Part shown: positions 18,782-28,365 of the stretch, one piece after another
Layout of the letters: the number at the start of each line of letters is the position of its first letter
Position numbering within the stretch: the first letter of the stretch is position 1
Assembly: GCA_030587475.2 (NCBI GenBank)
Contig: JAUQYZ020000022.1
Coordinates: 1-48,741, forward strand
Length of the DNA stretch: 48,741 bases
Direction of reading: 5' to 3'
Source: Candidatus Sigynarchaeum calidifontis
Lineage (GTDB): Archaea > Asgardarchaeota > Lokiarchaeia > Sigyniarchaeales > Sigyniarchaeaceae
Notes under the pieces: model-generated
What the model was told of the DNA's origin: nothing
The model's database searches: none
Seen by the model: the letters and a program-made list of their open reading frames with translations, nothing else
Program-made: the position numbers and the translations under genes

Positions 18782-19783
18782 ATGCGCTCATATAAGGAAC
18801 TCGGGCTCGTGAATGCTAGTGACATGTACAAGCGTGCCTTGGCTGGGCACTATGCCGTTCCAGGTTACAACTTTAAAACCTTGGAACAACTCATGGCCAT
18901 CGTCCAAGCATGCATCGAGACCGAGAGTCCAGTACTGCTGCAGCACTTTCCACCTCCAGCCGAGGAGATGCACCCGGCCATCGTGCTCGGGCTCGTCCGG
19001 GGCGCGGTCGAGATGGCCGACGGGCGGATCGACATCGCCTTCCACCTCGATCACGGGATCTCGTTCGAGCAGTGCAAGGCATGCATCGACGGCGGGTACT
19101 CGTCGGTCATGATCGACGGATCCCAGCTCCCGTTCGCCGAGAACGTGGCCTTGACCCGCGAGGTAGTGGTTTATGCTCATGAACGCGACGTGACGGTCGA
19201 AGGCGAACTCGGGGGCATCGCGGGACGGGAAACCGCTTCTGGGCCGATGGTCGAGCGATTCACAACCCCGGATGAGGCAGAAGCTTTCGTCGCGGCGACC
19301 GGCGTCGACGCGCTCGCGGTCTCGATCGGCACGGTGCACGGGGCATTCAAGAACATCTTGAAACCCGGCGATGTTCCCCCGCCATTGCGCCTCGATATCC
19401 TCGAAGGGATCAAGCAGCGCATGCCCTGGCTGCCCATCGTGCTGCACGGCGCGTCCGGGATCCCGCAAGAACATGTCGACGTCGTGAACGCGCACGGCGG
19501 TTCGTTACCACGAGCCGTCGGCATTCCCGACGACCAGGTCCGGAAAGCCATCGCCATCAACGTGTGCAAGGTCAACATCCACACGGACTCGCAAATCGCC
19601 ATGACCGGCGCCGTGCGAGCCTATCTCGACGCGCACCCGGCTGAATATGACCCGCGCAAGTACCTCGGCGCCGCGCGCAAGGCAATGGTCGCCCTCTACG
19701 CGGATAAAAACCGCCGGTTGCTCGGTTGCGAGGGCAAGGCCGCGCCGAACCGTGAACGTGAAAAAACATCCAAATCCTCGTGA
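18782..19783 (+). CDS. fba: Class II fructose-1,6-bisphosphate aldolase
   Basis: FHLDHG, SSVMIDGS, VEGELG, LAVSIGTVHGAFK, VLHGAS, KVNIHTD, YDPRKYL. Confidence 0.92.
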   Translation: MRSYKELGLVNASDMYKRALAGHYAVPGYNFKTLEQLMAIVQACIETESPVLLQHFPPPAEEMHPAIVLGLVRGAVEMADGRIDIAFHLDHGISFEQCKACIDGGYSSVMIDGSQLPFAENVALTREVVVYAHERDVTVEGELGGIAGRETASGPMVERFTTPDEAEAFVAATGVDALAVSIGTVHGAFKNILKPGDVPPPLRLDILEGIKQRMPWLPIVLHGASGIPQEHVDVVNAHGGSLPRAVGIPDDQVRKAIAINVCKVNIHTDSQIAMTGAVRAYLDAHPAEYDPRKYLGAARKAMVALYADKNRRLLGCEGKAAPNREREKTSKSS

Positions 19784-19790
19784 ATGTCTC

Positions 19791-20288
19791 ATGCCAACCT
19801 TCAAGCTCGAATTCATGACCCCCCAAGAGATCAAGTCGCTCGTCATGACGAGCCATCTATGTCGCATCGCGTTCAAGGGCGACGAGCACCCGTACATCGC
19901 TCCTTTCCAATACTCGTACGTCAACGACAGCCTCTACTTCCATTTCGCCCCTTACGGCCGCAAGATGCGGTACTTGATGGAGGAGCCGAATGTCTGCGTG
20001 GAGATCGAACAGAACGCGCCGGACATGAGTGATTACCGGGTCGTCATGCTCCGCGGCACGCTCGTCCGGGTCACCGACGCGGTGGAAAAACAAGCCGCGG
20101 TCAATGCCTTGACATCCATCGCCATGAGGGAATCCTTTTCCCCTAAATTTCTCGCGGCGCACGGCTTCGATAGCAGCGTTGACTGGAAATCGCTTGATGC
20201 ATCCGTCATGGAGCTCGAAATCGTCAAGCTCGCGAAGATCGTCGAGGTCACGGCCTTGAAAGCCCCGCAAGGGACATCTTGGGGGTGA
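19791..20288 (+). CDS. Pyridoxamine 5'-phosphate oxidase-like (NimA-type) flavin-binding protein
   Basis: CRIAF..HPYIAPFQY..LYFHFAPYGRKM..PNVCVEI..YRVVMLRG; ATG 19791. Confidence 0.85.
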   Translation: MPTFKLEFMTPQEIKSLVMTSHLCRIAFKGDEHPYIAPFQYSYVNDSLYFHFAPYGRKMRYLMEEPNVCVEIEQNAPDMSDYRVVMLRGTLVRVTDAVEKQAAVNALTSIAMRESFSPKFLAAHGFDSSVDWKSLDASVMELEIVKLAKIVEVTALKAPQGTSWG

Positions 20289-21742
20289 AGCGGGTGCGCA
20301 TCCTCGGCCACCGCCCCGCGACCATCGCCATCGTCCTATTGTCCCTCCTCTTTGCCGCGTGTTCTTGCGTTTCCGCCCTGATCGCGCTCGTCGCATGGCT
20401 TAATAACATGCCATTCGACTGGTCATGGCCATGACTCGCGAGCGCCTTGGTAACTTGCATTTTTGGAACAATCTCGTGGATCTGGCTTGATCGGCACATC
20501 TTCAACGTCGTTCCGAGCGCCTCGTTCGCGTACACCTTCGATGATGGCCCGTGGCTGAGCTTCCGGGGAGATCCCAGGACCTCGATCGTCGTCAACTGGG
20601 TCACGAAGGACGTGACCGGCACGCGCGTCGAATATAGCCAGTTTGGCCACCCGCCAAGCATCGTGACCGGCGTGCCTGGCCGGATCCATCATCTCGTCCT
20701 CGACGGCCTGGTGGCCGGGACCAGATATTCCTACCGTGTGCTCGATTTCTCGAAAAATGGCACGATTCACGAGTTCACGACCGCGCCGGCGACCCCGGGT
20801 CCATTCCGGTTTGCGGTCATCGGCGACACGCAAAACGGCGGCGGCAAATCTCCTGAGCAATGGGCCTACCCGCGCCTCCTCGAGGCAATCGCCGCGGCCA
20901 AACCTGCCTTCATCGCCCACGCGGGCGACGCGACCGACCAGGGAAACGACCTGGTATCGTGGCACGAGTTCTTCGACGCCAAGCCACAGATCCTGGCGAC
21001 CACGCCATTGCACGTCGCTGCAGGGAACCACGACACCGGCACCCACGCGCTCACGGATCGCTCGCAAAAAAAGCGACCCGATGAAGGTGCCAATTATGAT
21101 TATTTTTTTGACTACCCGTACGGTATGCCTCGGGACGAGGACGAGATCACGGCCATGCGCGGCCGCTTCTACTCGTTCACCTACGGCAATTGCCTGTTCG
21201 TGTTCGCGGACACGCAAACGAACCGGCTCGCAAACCCTCGCAATCCTCAATGGCAATGGCTGCACGAAGTTCTCGGCGCGGCACCCGCGGGGGCGTGGAA
21301 GATCGTCGTCATGCACCGGGATTCTGTTTCGATCAAGAGACGCAAGGACGCGAGCCTCTACGAAATGGACTATGACAAGTTTGCGCCTTATCTCTTGCCG
21401 ATATTTCTCGAGCACGGGGTGGACGTGGTGTTCCAGGGCCACGTCCACGAGTATTTCCACCTGGCCTACACGCACGGGATCACCCCGCCGCTGCCTGGGA
21501 TGGATATCGCTGCGTCGAAGGGTCAGGTTATCCATTTCATCACGAGCGGCGGCGGGGGAAATATCCTGCGGCGAAACGATCCGCTGCTCCCCGGTGGCTG
21601 CACGATCCCCGGTTTCACCCGCCGGGAGAACTCGAGCCATTTCCTGATCGTCGATGTCGATGGAGACGCCATGACGATCGAGGCCCGGTATCCCGACGGG
21701 GCACTGATGGAACGCACTTCCATCCGCCGCCGTGGAACGTGA
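20285..21742 (+). CDS. Membrane-anchored purple-acid-phosphatase-like metallophosphoesterase; in-frame TGA at 20432-20434
   Basis: FN3-like N domain (HHLVLDGLVAGTRYSYRV); motifs IGDTQ, HAGD, AGNHD, QGHVHEY. GTG 20285 overlaps the upstream stop and encodes a TM segment in frame with the 20447 ORF. Confidence 0.85.
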
Positions 21743-21785
21743 TCACACCGAAAGACACAAAAGTTACGCGCGCCACGTGGCAATC

Positions 21786-22610
21786 ATGGAATTTACCCGT
21801 CCGGTCCTCGACGTGATCAAGGCACGCACGTCTTGGCGATCGTATTCATCAGTTGCGATAGCGACTGACGTAAAACAGTTCTTGTTATCGATGATAAGCA
21901 AGAAAACGACGAGCCCGTTCGGTGCATCGTGCAAGTTGCAATGGATAACGATGGAAGGCATCGATCCGGCGGAGAAAAAGAAACTCGGCACCTACGGGGT
22001 GATTACCGGCGCCAGGGAATTCATCGTGGGCATCACCCCCGAGGGTGATATGAACGCCTTGCAGCACCTCGGGTATGTCCTCGAACGGGTGGTGCTGCAC
22101 GCGACGGACGCGGGCCTCGCGACTTGCTGGCTGGGCGGCACGTTTAACAGGCTGGGCGTGGCGGAGCTCGTGAAAGCGGGTGCCGGCGACTCGATCCCGG
22201 CGATGATCCCCGTTGGATATGCGACAAATCATCGCCACATCGTCGATGTTGTCGTACGCTTCACGGTCAAAGCCAAGAGTCGGAAGCCGTTCGAAAGTAT
22301 ATGCTTTGACGGCGATTTCGGGAAGCCACTAGGTCGTTCCCAGGCAGGCAGCATCGAATCGGCGCTCGAGGCAGTCCGCCTCGGGCCGTCGTCGAAAAAT
22401 GTCCAGCCTTGGCGGATCATCGTTGCAAGAGACGGGGCTGCGGTGCATTTCTACAACGTGGGTGGCTGGCACTTGGATCGAGGCATCGCGGTCTGCCATT
22501 TCGACCTCCAAGCCAAAGAACAGGGGCTGGATGGCACATGGCGTGTCGAGAATCCAGGCATCGTGGCCCCGGACGGTGTCGATTACGTGATCTCGTGGTT
22601 TAAAAAGTAG
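21786..22610 (+). CDS. Nitroreductase family protein (paralog 1)
   Basis: IKARTSWRSY, LGTYGVITGA, GLATCWLGGTF, VRLGPSSKNVQPWR, LDRGIAVCHF. Confidence 0.9.
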   Translation: MEFTRPVLDVIKARTSWRSYSSVAIATDVKQFLLSMISKKTTSPFGASCKLQWITMEGIDPAEKKKLGTYGVITGAREFIVGITPEGDMNALQHLGYVLERVVLHATDAGLATCWLGGTFNRLGVAELVKAGAGDSIPAMIPVGYATNHRHIVDVVVRFTVKAKSRKPFESICFDGDFGKPLGRSQAGSIESALEAVRLGPSSKNVQPWRIIVARDGAAVHFYNVGGWHLDRGIAVCHFDLQAKEQGLDGTWRVENPGIVAPDGVDYVISWFKK

Positions 22611-22630
22611 GAAATCGTGGTGATAAAAAG

Positions 22631-23452
22631 ATGGACTTCACAAGGCCAATACAAGACGTGATCAAGGCACGGACATCGATCCGCACCTTCGTGCCCAGGG
22701 CGTTGGAGCCCGATCTGAAAGCGAAGTTGGTCTCGATAATGGCCGAATCGGTAGCCAGCCCGTTCGGTGCCTCGTGCGAGCTGCGCTGGGTGACGTTGGA
22801 GGGCATCGACCCGTCGCAAAAGCGCAGGCTCGGCACGTACGGGTTCATCGCTGGCGCCCGCGATTTCATCGCCGGTATCACGAAACGGGGCGAGGCCATG
22901 GGCGCGGAACACCTTGGCTACGTGCTGGAAAAGGTGATACTGCACGCGACTGATCTCGGCATTGGCACGTGCTGGCTGGCTGGGACATTCAACAAGGAAG
23001 GCTTCCGCGAGGCAGCACGCGTCACGGCGGATGAATCGCTGCATGCCATCACGCCGGTCGGTTACCCGGCGGATCGACGCCTCGTGGAGGGCGTGATGCG
23101 CTGGATCATCAAGGCTAATGCCCGCCTCCCGTGGGAACGGCTCTTTTTCGACGGCCGGATCGGCGTGCCGCTGACGAGGGAGAACGCAGGCCCGCTCGGG
23201 GATGCGCTGGATGCAGTCCGGCTCGGCCCTTCTGCTGAAAACCACCAGCCTTGGCGGCTCGTCGTGGTTGATGGAGGAGAAGCATGCCATTTTTACGCAT
23301 CAGGCGGGATGCGCCTCGATCGCGGAATTGCTGCTTGCCACTTCGACTTGGTCGTGAAAGCACGGTCTGTCGTGGGCGCTTGGAAGATCGAAGACCCGGG
23401 CTTGTCGAAACCTCAAGGGATAGACTACGTGATCTCGTGGTATAAAAAATGA
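22631..23452 (+). CDS. Nitroreductase family protein (paralog 2)
   Basis: Colinear with and highly similar to the upstream gene (IKARTSIRTF, GIGTCWLAGTF, VRLGPSAENHQPWR, DYVISWY). Confidence 0.9.
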   Translation: MDFTRPIQDVIKARTSIRTFVPRALEPDLKAKLVSIMAESVASPFGASCELRWVTLEGIDPSQKRRLGTYGFIAGARDFIAGITKRGEAMGAEHLGYVLEKVILHATDLGIGTCWLAGTFNKEGFREAARVTADESLHAITPVGYPADRRLVEGVMRWIIKANARLPWERLFFDGRIGVPLTRENAGPLGDALDAVRLGPSAENHQPWRLVVVDGGEACHFYASGGMRLDRGIAACHFDLVVKARSVVGAWKIEDPGLSKPQGIDYVISWYKK

Positions 23453-23483
23453 ATCTCCTTTTATTCTTCAAATGTCACAAGCG

Positions 23484-24308
23484 TCATCGTAAATCAACGA
23501 CTTGCCCGAGCGATTCTATCGCCGCATCGATGAACCGGTCATCGCTGATCACCACGTCGATGGCGTGGTTCGGGCATCTTTCTGCACAACGCCCGCAGCC
23601 GCGGCACTTTTGTTGGTCGATGACTGCTTTCCCACTTGCTAAATGCACTGCGTCCACGAAGCACGTCCCGCTGGTGCACGTGCCGCAGCCATTGCACCGG
23701 TCCGACACAACGACCGAGATCCCGGGCATGCGCGTGACCTTCCGGGCGATGTCCAGCGGTAGATCGGGTAGCATCCTCCACAAGCAGCAGCACGGGTCGC
23801 AGTTACAGACGGTGAGTAACTTTTCACCCGGCCGGGCATTGAGCCAGACCGTGTCAAGCTTGTTTTTTCCGATGAGATGGACGAGGCCCGCTTCCCGACA
23901 TTTCTTGACGTGCACCTTCGCCTCCGCCTTGGTGACCCGGTGGCCGATCGCGGGGCTTATGCGGCTGGCCGCTTCGCCCATGAAAAGGCATCCGAGACCA
24001 ATCGGGTAATCCTTGCAGCGCGCGGCGTCGCGGCAGATGCACTTGTCCATGACCACGTGCACGCTGGCCTGGTCGATGAAATGGTCGACCACCCGTGAGG
24101 GAACCGCTATAGACTCCGGAAGCGTGTTTACATCTTGGTTGATAGCTATTACCTTGTCTCGAGGCAAGAAGAAGATTTTATCTCCCTTGAACATGATCCG
24201 GTCGACGATCTTCTTGAATAACTCGTGCTTTATCGTCGCCCTGGCCAGCGAGAAGCGAGCCTTGAAGGTCTTCTTTATCAGCCCCACGACGAGCGGCGTT
24301 CTTGGCAT
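23484..24308 (-). CDS. 4Fe-4S ferredoxin-domain protein
   Basis: CICR..C..YPIGLGC, CNCDPCCC, CNGCGTC, CRGCGRCAERCP; start re-assigned to ATG 24308 with ATTTAAAT about 25 nt upstream. Confidence 0.88.
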   Translation of the reverse strand: MPRTPLVVGLIKKTFKARFSLARATIKHELFKKIVDRIMFKGDKIFFLPRDKVIAINQDVNTLPESIAVPSRVVDHFIDQASVHVVMDKCICRDAARCKDYPIGLGCLFMGEAASRISPAIGHRVTKAEAKVHVKKCREAGLVHLIGKNKLDTVWLNARPGEKLLTVCNCDPCCCLWRMLPDLPLDIARKVTRMPGISVVVSDRCNGCGTCTSGTCFVDAVHLASGKAVIDQQKCRGCGRCAERCPNHAIDVVISDDRFIDAAIESLGQVVDLR

Positions 24309-24566
24309 GGGAATGGAGGATGCATGTCGATCATTTAAATGCTGCCCGAGCGAGGCACGGAAAATTTTCGGATAAGCCCCGATCGGCTCGAATTGTTCGA
24401 ACCAGATCTTGCGCGCCGCGGGGTGCCCGGTCATGGCCCGCGTGGAGGCTGGTTTTCGCGGGCTGCGGGTTGTCTTCCCGGTAATGCGTGAGTTTATATT
24501 TGGGTGATATACATTTGTTATCAATTGTTTCATCCCGCGCGGAACCATGCTCTCGTGACCCCGTAC

Positions 24567-25676
24567 ATGTCCAGATCGAAAGGACCACACGACACCTCGA
24601 CCGGTGCAAACATCGAAACGAAACAGACGAAAAAGGTCGTGGTATTGCTTGGAGATATTCGCCTCTACGATCCAGTGGCACCTGGCGGTGTTTGGGACGA
24701 GGATGATCTCGAGACGATCGATTTGCTCAAAAAAGCTCTCGATCAGATCGAGGGTTACGAATTCATTTACCTCGACAATCACAAGACCTTGCTGGATGAC
24801 TTGAAAGCGTTGAAAGGGAAGGTGGACATCGCGTTCAACCTGCTCGACGAGGGCTATTACAACGACCCGCGCAAGGAGCTCCACGTCGCCGCGCTGCTCG
24901 AGATCCTCGGCATCCCATACACCGGTGCATCGCCGCAATCGATGGCCATTCGGCTCGACAAGTCCATCATGAAGGGCGTGGCTCGCCAGCTCGGCGTCCC
25001 CGTGGCGAAAGGCGTGTTGATCGATGCTGGCGATCCGGTGCCCGACCTGGATCTGGAATATCCCGTGTTCGTGAAGCCGAACAACACGGACGCGGGCCAG
25101 GGAATCTCCCGAAAGTCGGTTTGCTATGACATCAACGCGGTCAAGGACGTCGTTGCTAATCTTCGCAATGGCTTGTGCAAGGAGATGCCGATCCTCGTGG
25201 AAGAGTTTTTGCCCGGCAAGGATCTCACCGTCGGGATACTGGGCAATCCCGGGCGTCCTGGCCTCATCGTGCTGCCCATCGCGGAGGAGGACTATTCGAT
25301 GCTTCCACCAGAGCTGCCCCGGATTTGCGGCGAGGAGGCGAAATGGGATCCCCGGTCCCCATATTGGAAGACGAGATCGATCCGTGCGAATCTCCCCCCG
25401 GAGACCGAGAAAATCATCATTAACGGGACGTTGAAGATGTTCAAGTATTTGGAATGCCGGGACTATGCACGCTTCGATTGGAGGCTCGACAAGGAGGAAA
25501 AACCGAAATTACTTGATGCAAACGCGAATCCAGGCTGGTGCTGGGATTCCCACATGGTCAAGCTCTCGTCGATGATCGGGCTTTCCTACTCGCAGATGCT
25601 GGCCAAGATATTGGAGTTCGCGTTCGACCGGATCGCGTACGAGGCGACGATCCCGTGCAAAATTTACAAACCATGA
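24567..25676 (+). CDS. D-Ala-D-Ala-ligase-like ATP-grasp enzyme (stand-alone)
   Basis: LLEILGIPYTG, DKSIMK, PVFVKP, LVEEFLPGKDLTVG, RDYARFDWRL, DANANPG. Confidence 0.88.
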   Translation: MSRSKGPHDTSTGANIETKQTKKVVVLLGDIRLYDPVAPGGVWDEDDLETIDLLKKALDQIEGYEFIYLDNHKTLLDDLKALKGKVDIAFNLLDEGYYNDPRKELHVAALLEILGIPYTGASPQSMAIRLDKSIMKGVARQLGVPVAKGVLIDAGDPVPDLDLEYPVFVKPNNTDAGQGISRKSVCYDINAVKDVVANLRNGLCKEMPILVEEFLPGKDLTVGILGNPGRPGLIVLPIAEEDYSMLPPELPRICGEEAKWDPRSPYWKTRSIRANLPPETEKIIINGTLKMFKYLECRDYARFDWRLDKEEKPKLLDANANPGWCWDSHMVKLSSMIGLSYSQMLAKILEFAFDRIAYEATIPCKIYKP

Positions 25677-26115
25677 TCCAGCGTGACCCGGGCGTTCGCG
25701 TGCTACATTTCCTTGTATTTCATTCTTGAAAGGTGGTAGACAATATTTCGCAAAACCTTCAGGGAATCGTTTACGGCAATCGAGAATAAAAGGACGAGCG
25801 GCTCGGCAAGGCTCGCGCCCTCGTGGACGCGCATTTTCCACTTTCCCGCAGTTCATAAAGCGAGTTAATGAACGAACGCAGCTTAGATAAAAAGGTGCCG
25901 GGAAGGCACGGCATCGATTCTTTGGATCTCGTCGCGACTTTCACCTATTTATCCCACTGCGTCATTATTGATTATCGATCACGACGCAAACTCGGGGGTT
26001 ACCCGGTCATATTATGTGCAGAACGTGCTTGCTTGAAGGAAAAAATGATGCATGCTCGCGTCATGACAAATTATAATGCCATTCCTCTATTTCCCACTTG
26101 AATAGGGTTGCAAAC

Positions 26116-27792
26116 ATGGTTTCCAACAAAAATATTAGAGCTGGCGGCTATCCCATCGTTTTGACGGCACCTGATACCGATTTCACGGATTTCTACAACA
26201 ATCCGATATGGCCCTTCTTTTTCTTCTCTGTATCGAAGTATGCCTTCGGCGGGCTATTCCACGGCTTCATGAAAAACCAGATGCAAGAAGTCCTTCCCGA
26301 TGGCCAGGCCCGGCTCGCCCCGTACGGGCTGCGGAAGATGGAGGCGGCGCTGGTGGAGAATGGCATCGACGAGAATGACATCGTGACCGTCCATCCGCGT
26401 TATTTGAGGCGGTTCGTGGGTTCGAACACGAAGGTGATCGGAGTCTCCGCGATGAACACGAACGGGCTCACCTATTGCGACCAGACCTTCACGGCCATGA
26501 TCGGCTTCGGTTCCGATTCCTACAACTCGTACCGGTTCCGCGCGCTCATGCTCGACAAGCACATGCACCCTCCGGGGGCAAAAATCATTTTGGGCGGCGC
26601 GGGGTCGTGGCAAGCGCGGAACAAGTATTGCCGCGACCGGTTCGGGATCGACACGGTCGTGCTGGGCGAGGGCGAGGTCGTGTTCCCGCGGCTGGTCCGC
26701 GATGCCATGGAGGGCAAGCCGCTCCCGCCTGTCGTCAATGGCGAGCCGATCGCCGATGCCGCGAGGATCCCGTGTATCCGGCATGCGAGCATTTATGGAA
26801 ACGTTGAAATCTCCCGTGGCTGCGGCAGGGCTTGCCAATTTTGCTCGCCAACGAAACGCCTCCGGCGGGACATCCCGCTTTCCACCATCGAGCGGGAGGT
26901 CAAGCTTAACATGCAACAGCGCAAGTACATTCCCTCCAGAGACGACGACAAGCGAGTGATCACCCCCATGGGCTCGCACAAGAAGGCCGAGCTCAAGATG
27001 CAGCAAGAACGAATGATTTTTCTTTCTACCGAGGACATCATGCTCTACCAGTGCAAGGATCCCAAGTTCATGCCCAACACGGAAGCTATACTCAAGCTGC
27101 TCGATTTGCTCGTGAAGCTCGGCGTCCACACGATCCAGCCCGCGCACATCGCGCTTGCGCCGGTCGTGGCGAGCCCGGAGACCCTTGTCAAGATGAGCGA
27201 GGCGATCCGGTTCGCGGACGGGCCTTTCAAGGGCGAGGTGCGCGGCTTTGTTAACTACAAGAAACACAAGTACATTGGCGTGGAAACGGGCTTGGAAACA
27301 GGCAGCCCCCGGATCATCGGGAAGTACATGCGCGGCAAGTGCATCCCCTTTACTCCCGAGGAGTGGCCGGATGTCGCCGTGCAAGCCTTCGGCATCCTCA
27401 ACGACAATTACTGGTTCCCGTTCGCCTCGCTGATGATCGGCATGCCGGACGAGACCGATGACGACGCGTTGCGAACCCTCGAGCTGCTCGACCGGCTCAA
27501 GGACGCCAAGCTCTTCTACGCGCCCATGTGCTTCACCGCGCTCGGCGACTGCACGCTGCGCAAGAGCCGGTCGGCGAATCTAAAGGGCTTGTCGGACGTG
27601 CAAAAGGAGATCTTCGTCAAGTGCTGGCGACAAAATGCCCATACCTTCTTGTACCCGGTCGAACGCACGCCTGGCCAATGGATGCTCGCGTTTCAAGGCG
27701 CCATGCTCTATAACCTGTATTATCGATGGCGCGGCGACAAGAATTTTTATTCAAAATTGTTCAAGAGCATCACCATGTTCCCCGGCACGTGA
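26116..27792 (+). CDS. B12-binding-domain radical SAM protein (COG1032-like)
   Basis: APYGLRKMEAAL, IILGGAG, LGEGE, EISRGCGRACQFC (CxxxCxxC), GLETGS, IGMPDET. Confidence 0.9.
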   Translation: MVSNKNIRAGGYPIVLTAPDTDFTDFYNNPIWPFFFFSVSKYAFGGLFHGFMKNQMQEVLPDGQARLAPYGLRKMEAALVENGIDENDIVTVHPRYLRRFVGSNTKVIGVSAMNTNGLTYCDQTFTAMIGFGSDSYNSYRFRALMLDKHMHPPGAKIILGGAGSWQARNKYCRDRFGIDTVVLGEGEVVFPRLVRDAMEGKPLPPVVNGEPIADAARIPCIRHASIYGNVEISRGCGRACQFCSPTKRLRRDIPLSTIEREVKLNMQQRKYIPSRDDDKRVITPMGSHKKAELKMQQERMIFLSTEDIMLYQCKDPKFMPNTEAILKLLDLLVKLGVHTIQPAHIALAPVVASPETLVKMSEAIRFADGPFKGEVRGFVNYKKHKYIGVETGLETGSPRIIGKYMRGKCIPFTPEEWPDVAVQAFGILNDNYWFPFASLMIGMPDETDDDALRTLELLDRLKDAKLFYAPMCFTALGDCTLRKSRSANLKGLSDVQKEIFVKCWRQNAHTFLYPVERTPGQWMLAFQGAMLYNLYYRWRGDKNFYSKLFKSITMFPGT

Positions 27793-27990
27793 ACGTGTAA
27801 CGTGAACCTTCCCACGATAGCCAGTCGTTCCGCTCACGCCCGCTCCATCGAGCATTGAACGTTTACTTCACGACCTTCGATCCTCGCGGGTTCATGACAC
27901 GTCCGATTCGCCGTCGATGCGAACCCATCTAAAAAATTTAAATACGGGTATGGGGAAGTAGATCATTGAAAAGTGGACATGGCGGTAGGC

Positions 27991-28215
27991 ATGAATAAAA
28001 AACTCGCTATCGCAAGCTTCATCGTGCTCGTCGCGTGCACCGTGCTGGGCGTCTTTTTCATCACCCAGATATTCAATCACTTTGACGATGTAATCAATCA
28101 TGGCATGACCTTGCTCCGCGACGCCATGAAAATCATTGTCGTGTTAGCCTCGGTTTGCTTCGGAGCGGCCGGGTTCTTTGCATCGGTGTTCGTTTCCGCG
28201 TTGGCGAAAAAATAG
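27991..28215 (+). CDS. Small 2-TM membrane protein
   Basis: MNKKLAIASFIVLVACTVLGVFFI...IIVVLASVCFGAAGFFASVFV; TTTAAATA box upstream. Confidence 0.65.
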   Translation: MNKKLAIASFIVLVACTVLGVFFITQIFNHFDDVINHGMTLLRDAMKIIVVLASVCFGAAGFFASVFVSALAKK

Positions 28216-28365
28216 ACGATGAACTATTGCCCTGTATCAATTGGCGAGACAAAGTGAGCACGTGCGCGCGATGAAGATCGCATCGCTGTAGGACGCGGTG
28301 TCCCACGGGCGAGCTGGTGCATCAAAATGGAGTCCAACAAGGGGTGACGAGAGAAAGAAAGAAGT

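Noticed and set aside
10427-20434. Genome-wide stop-codon reassignment explaining the internal TAG and TGA
   Set aside because: TAG, TGA and TAA all terminate well-defined genes in this window (e.g. TAG at 4059 and 22610, TGA at 15490 and 45912).
24309-24938. N-terminal 200 aa of ORF 23484..24938
   Set aside because: Antisense to the ATP-grasp gene and spans the promoter; ferredoxin-family similarity begins at ATG 24308.
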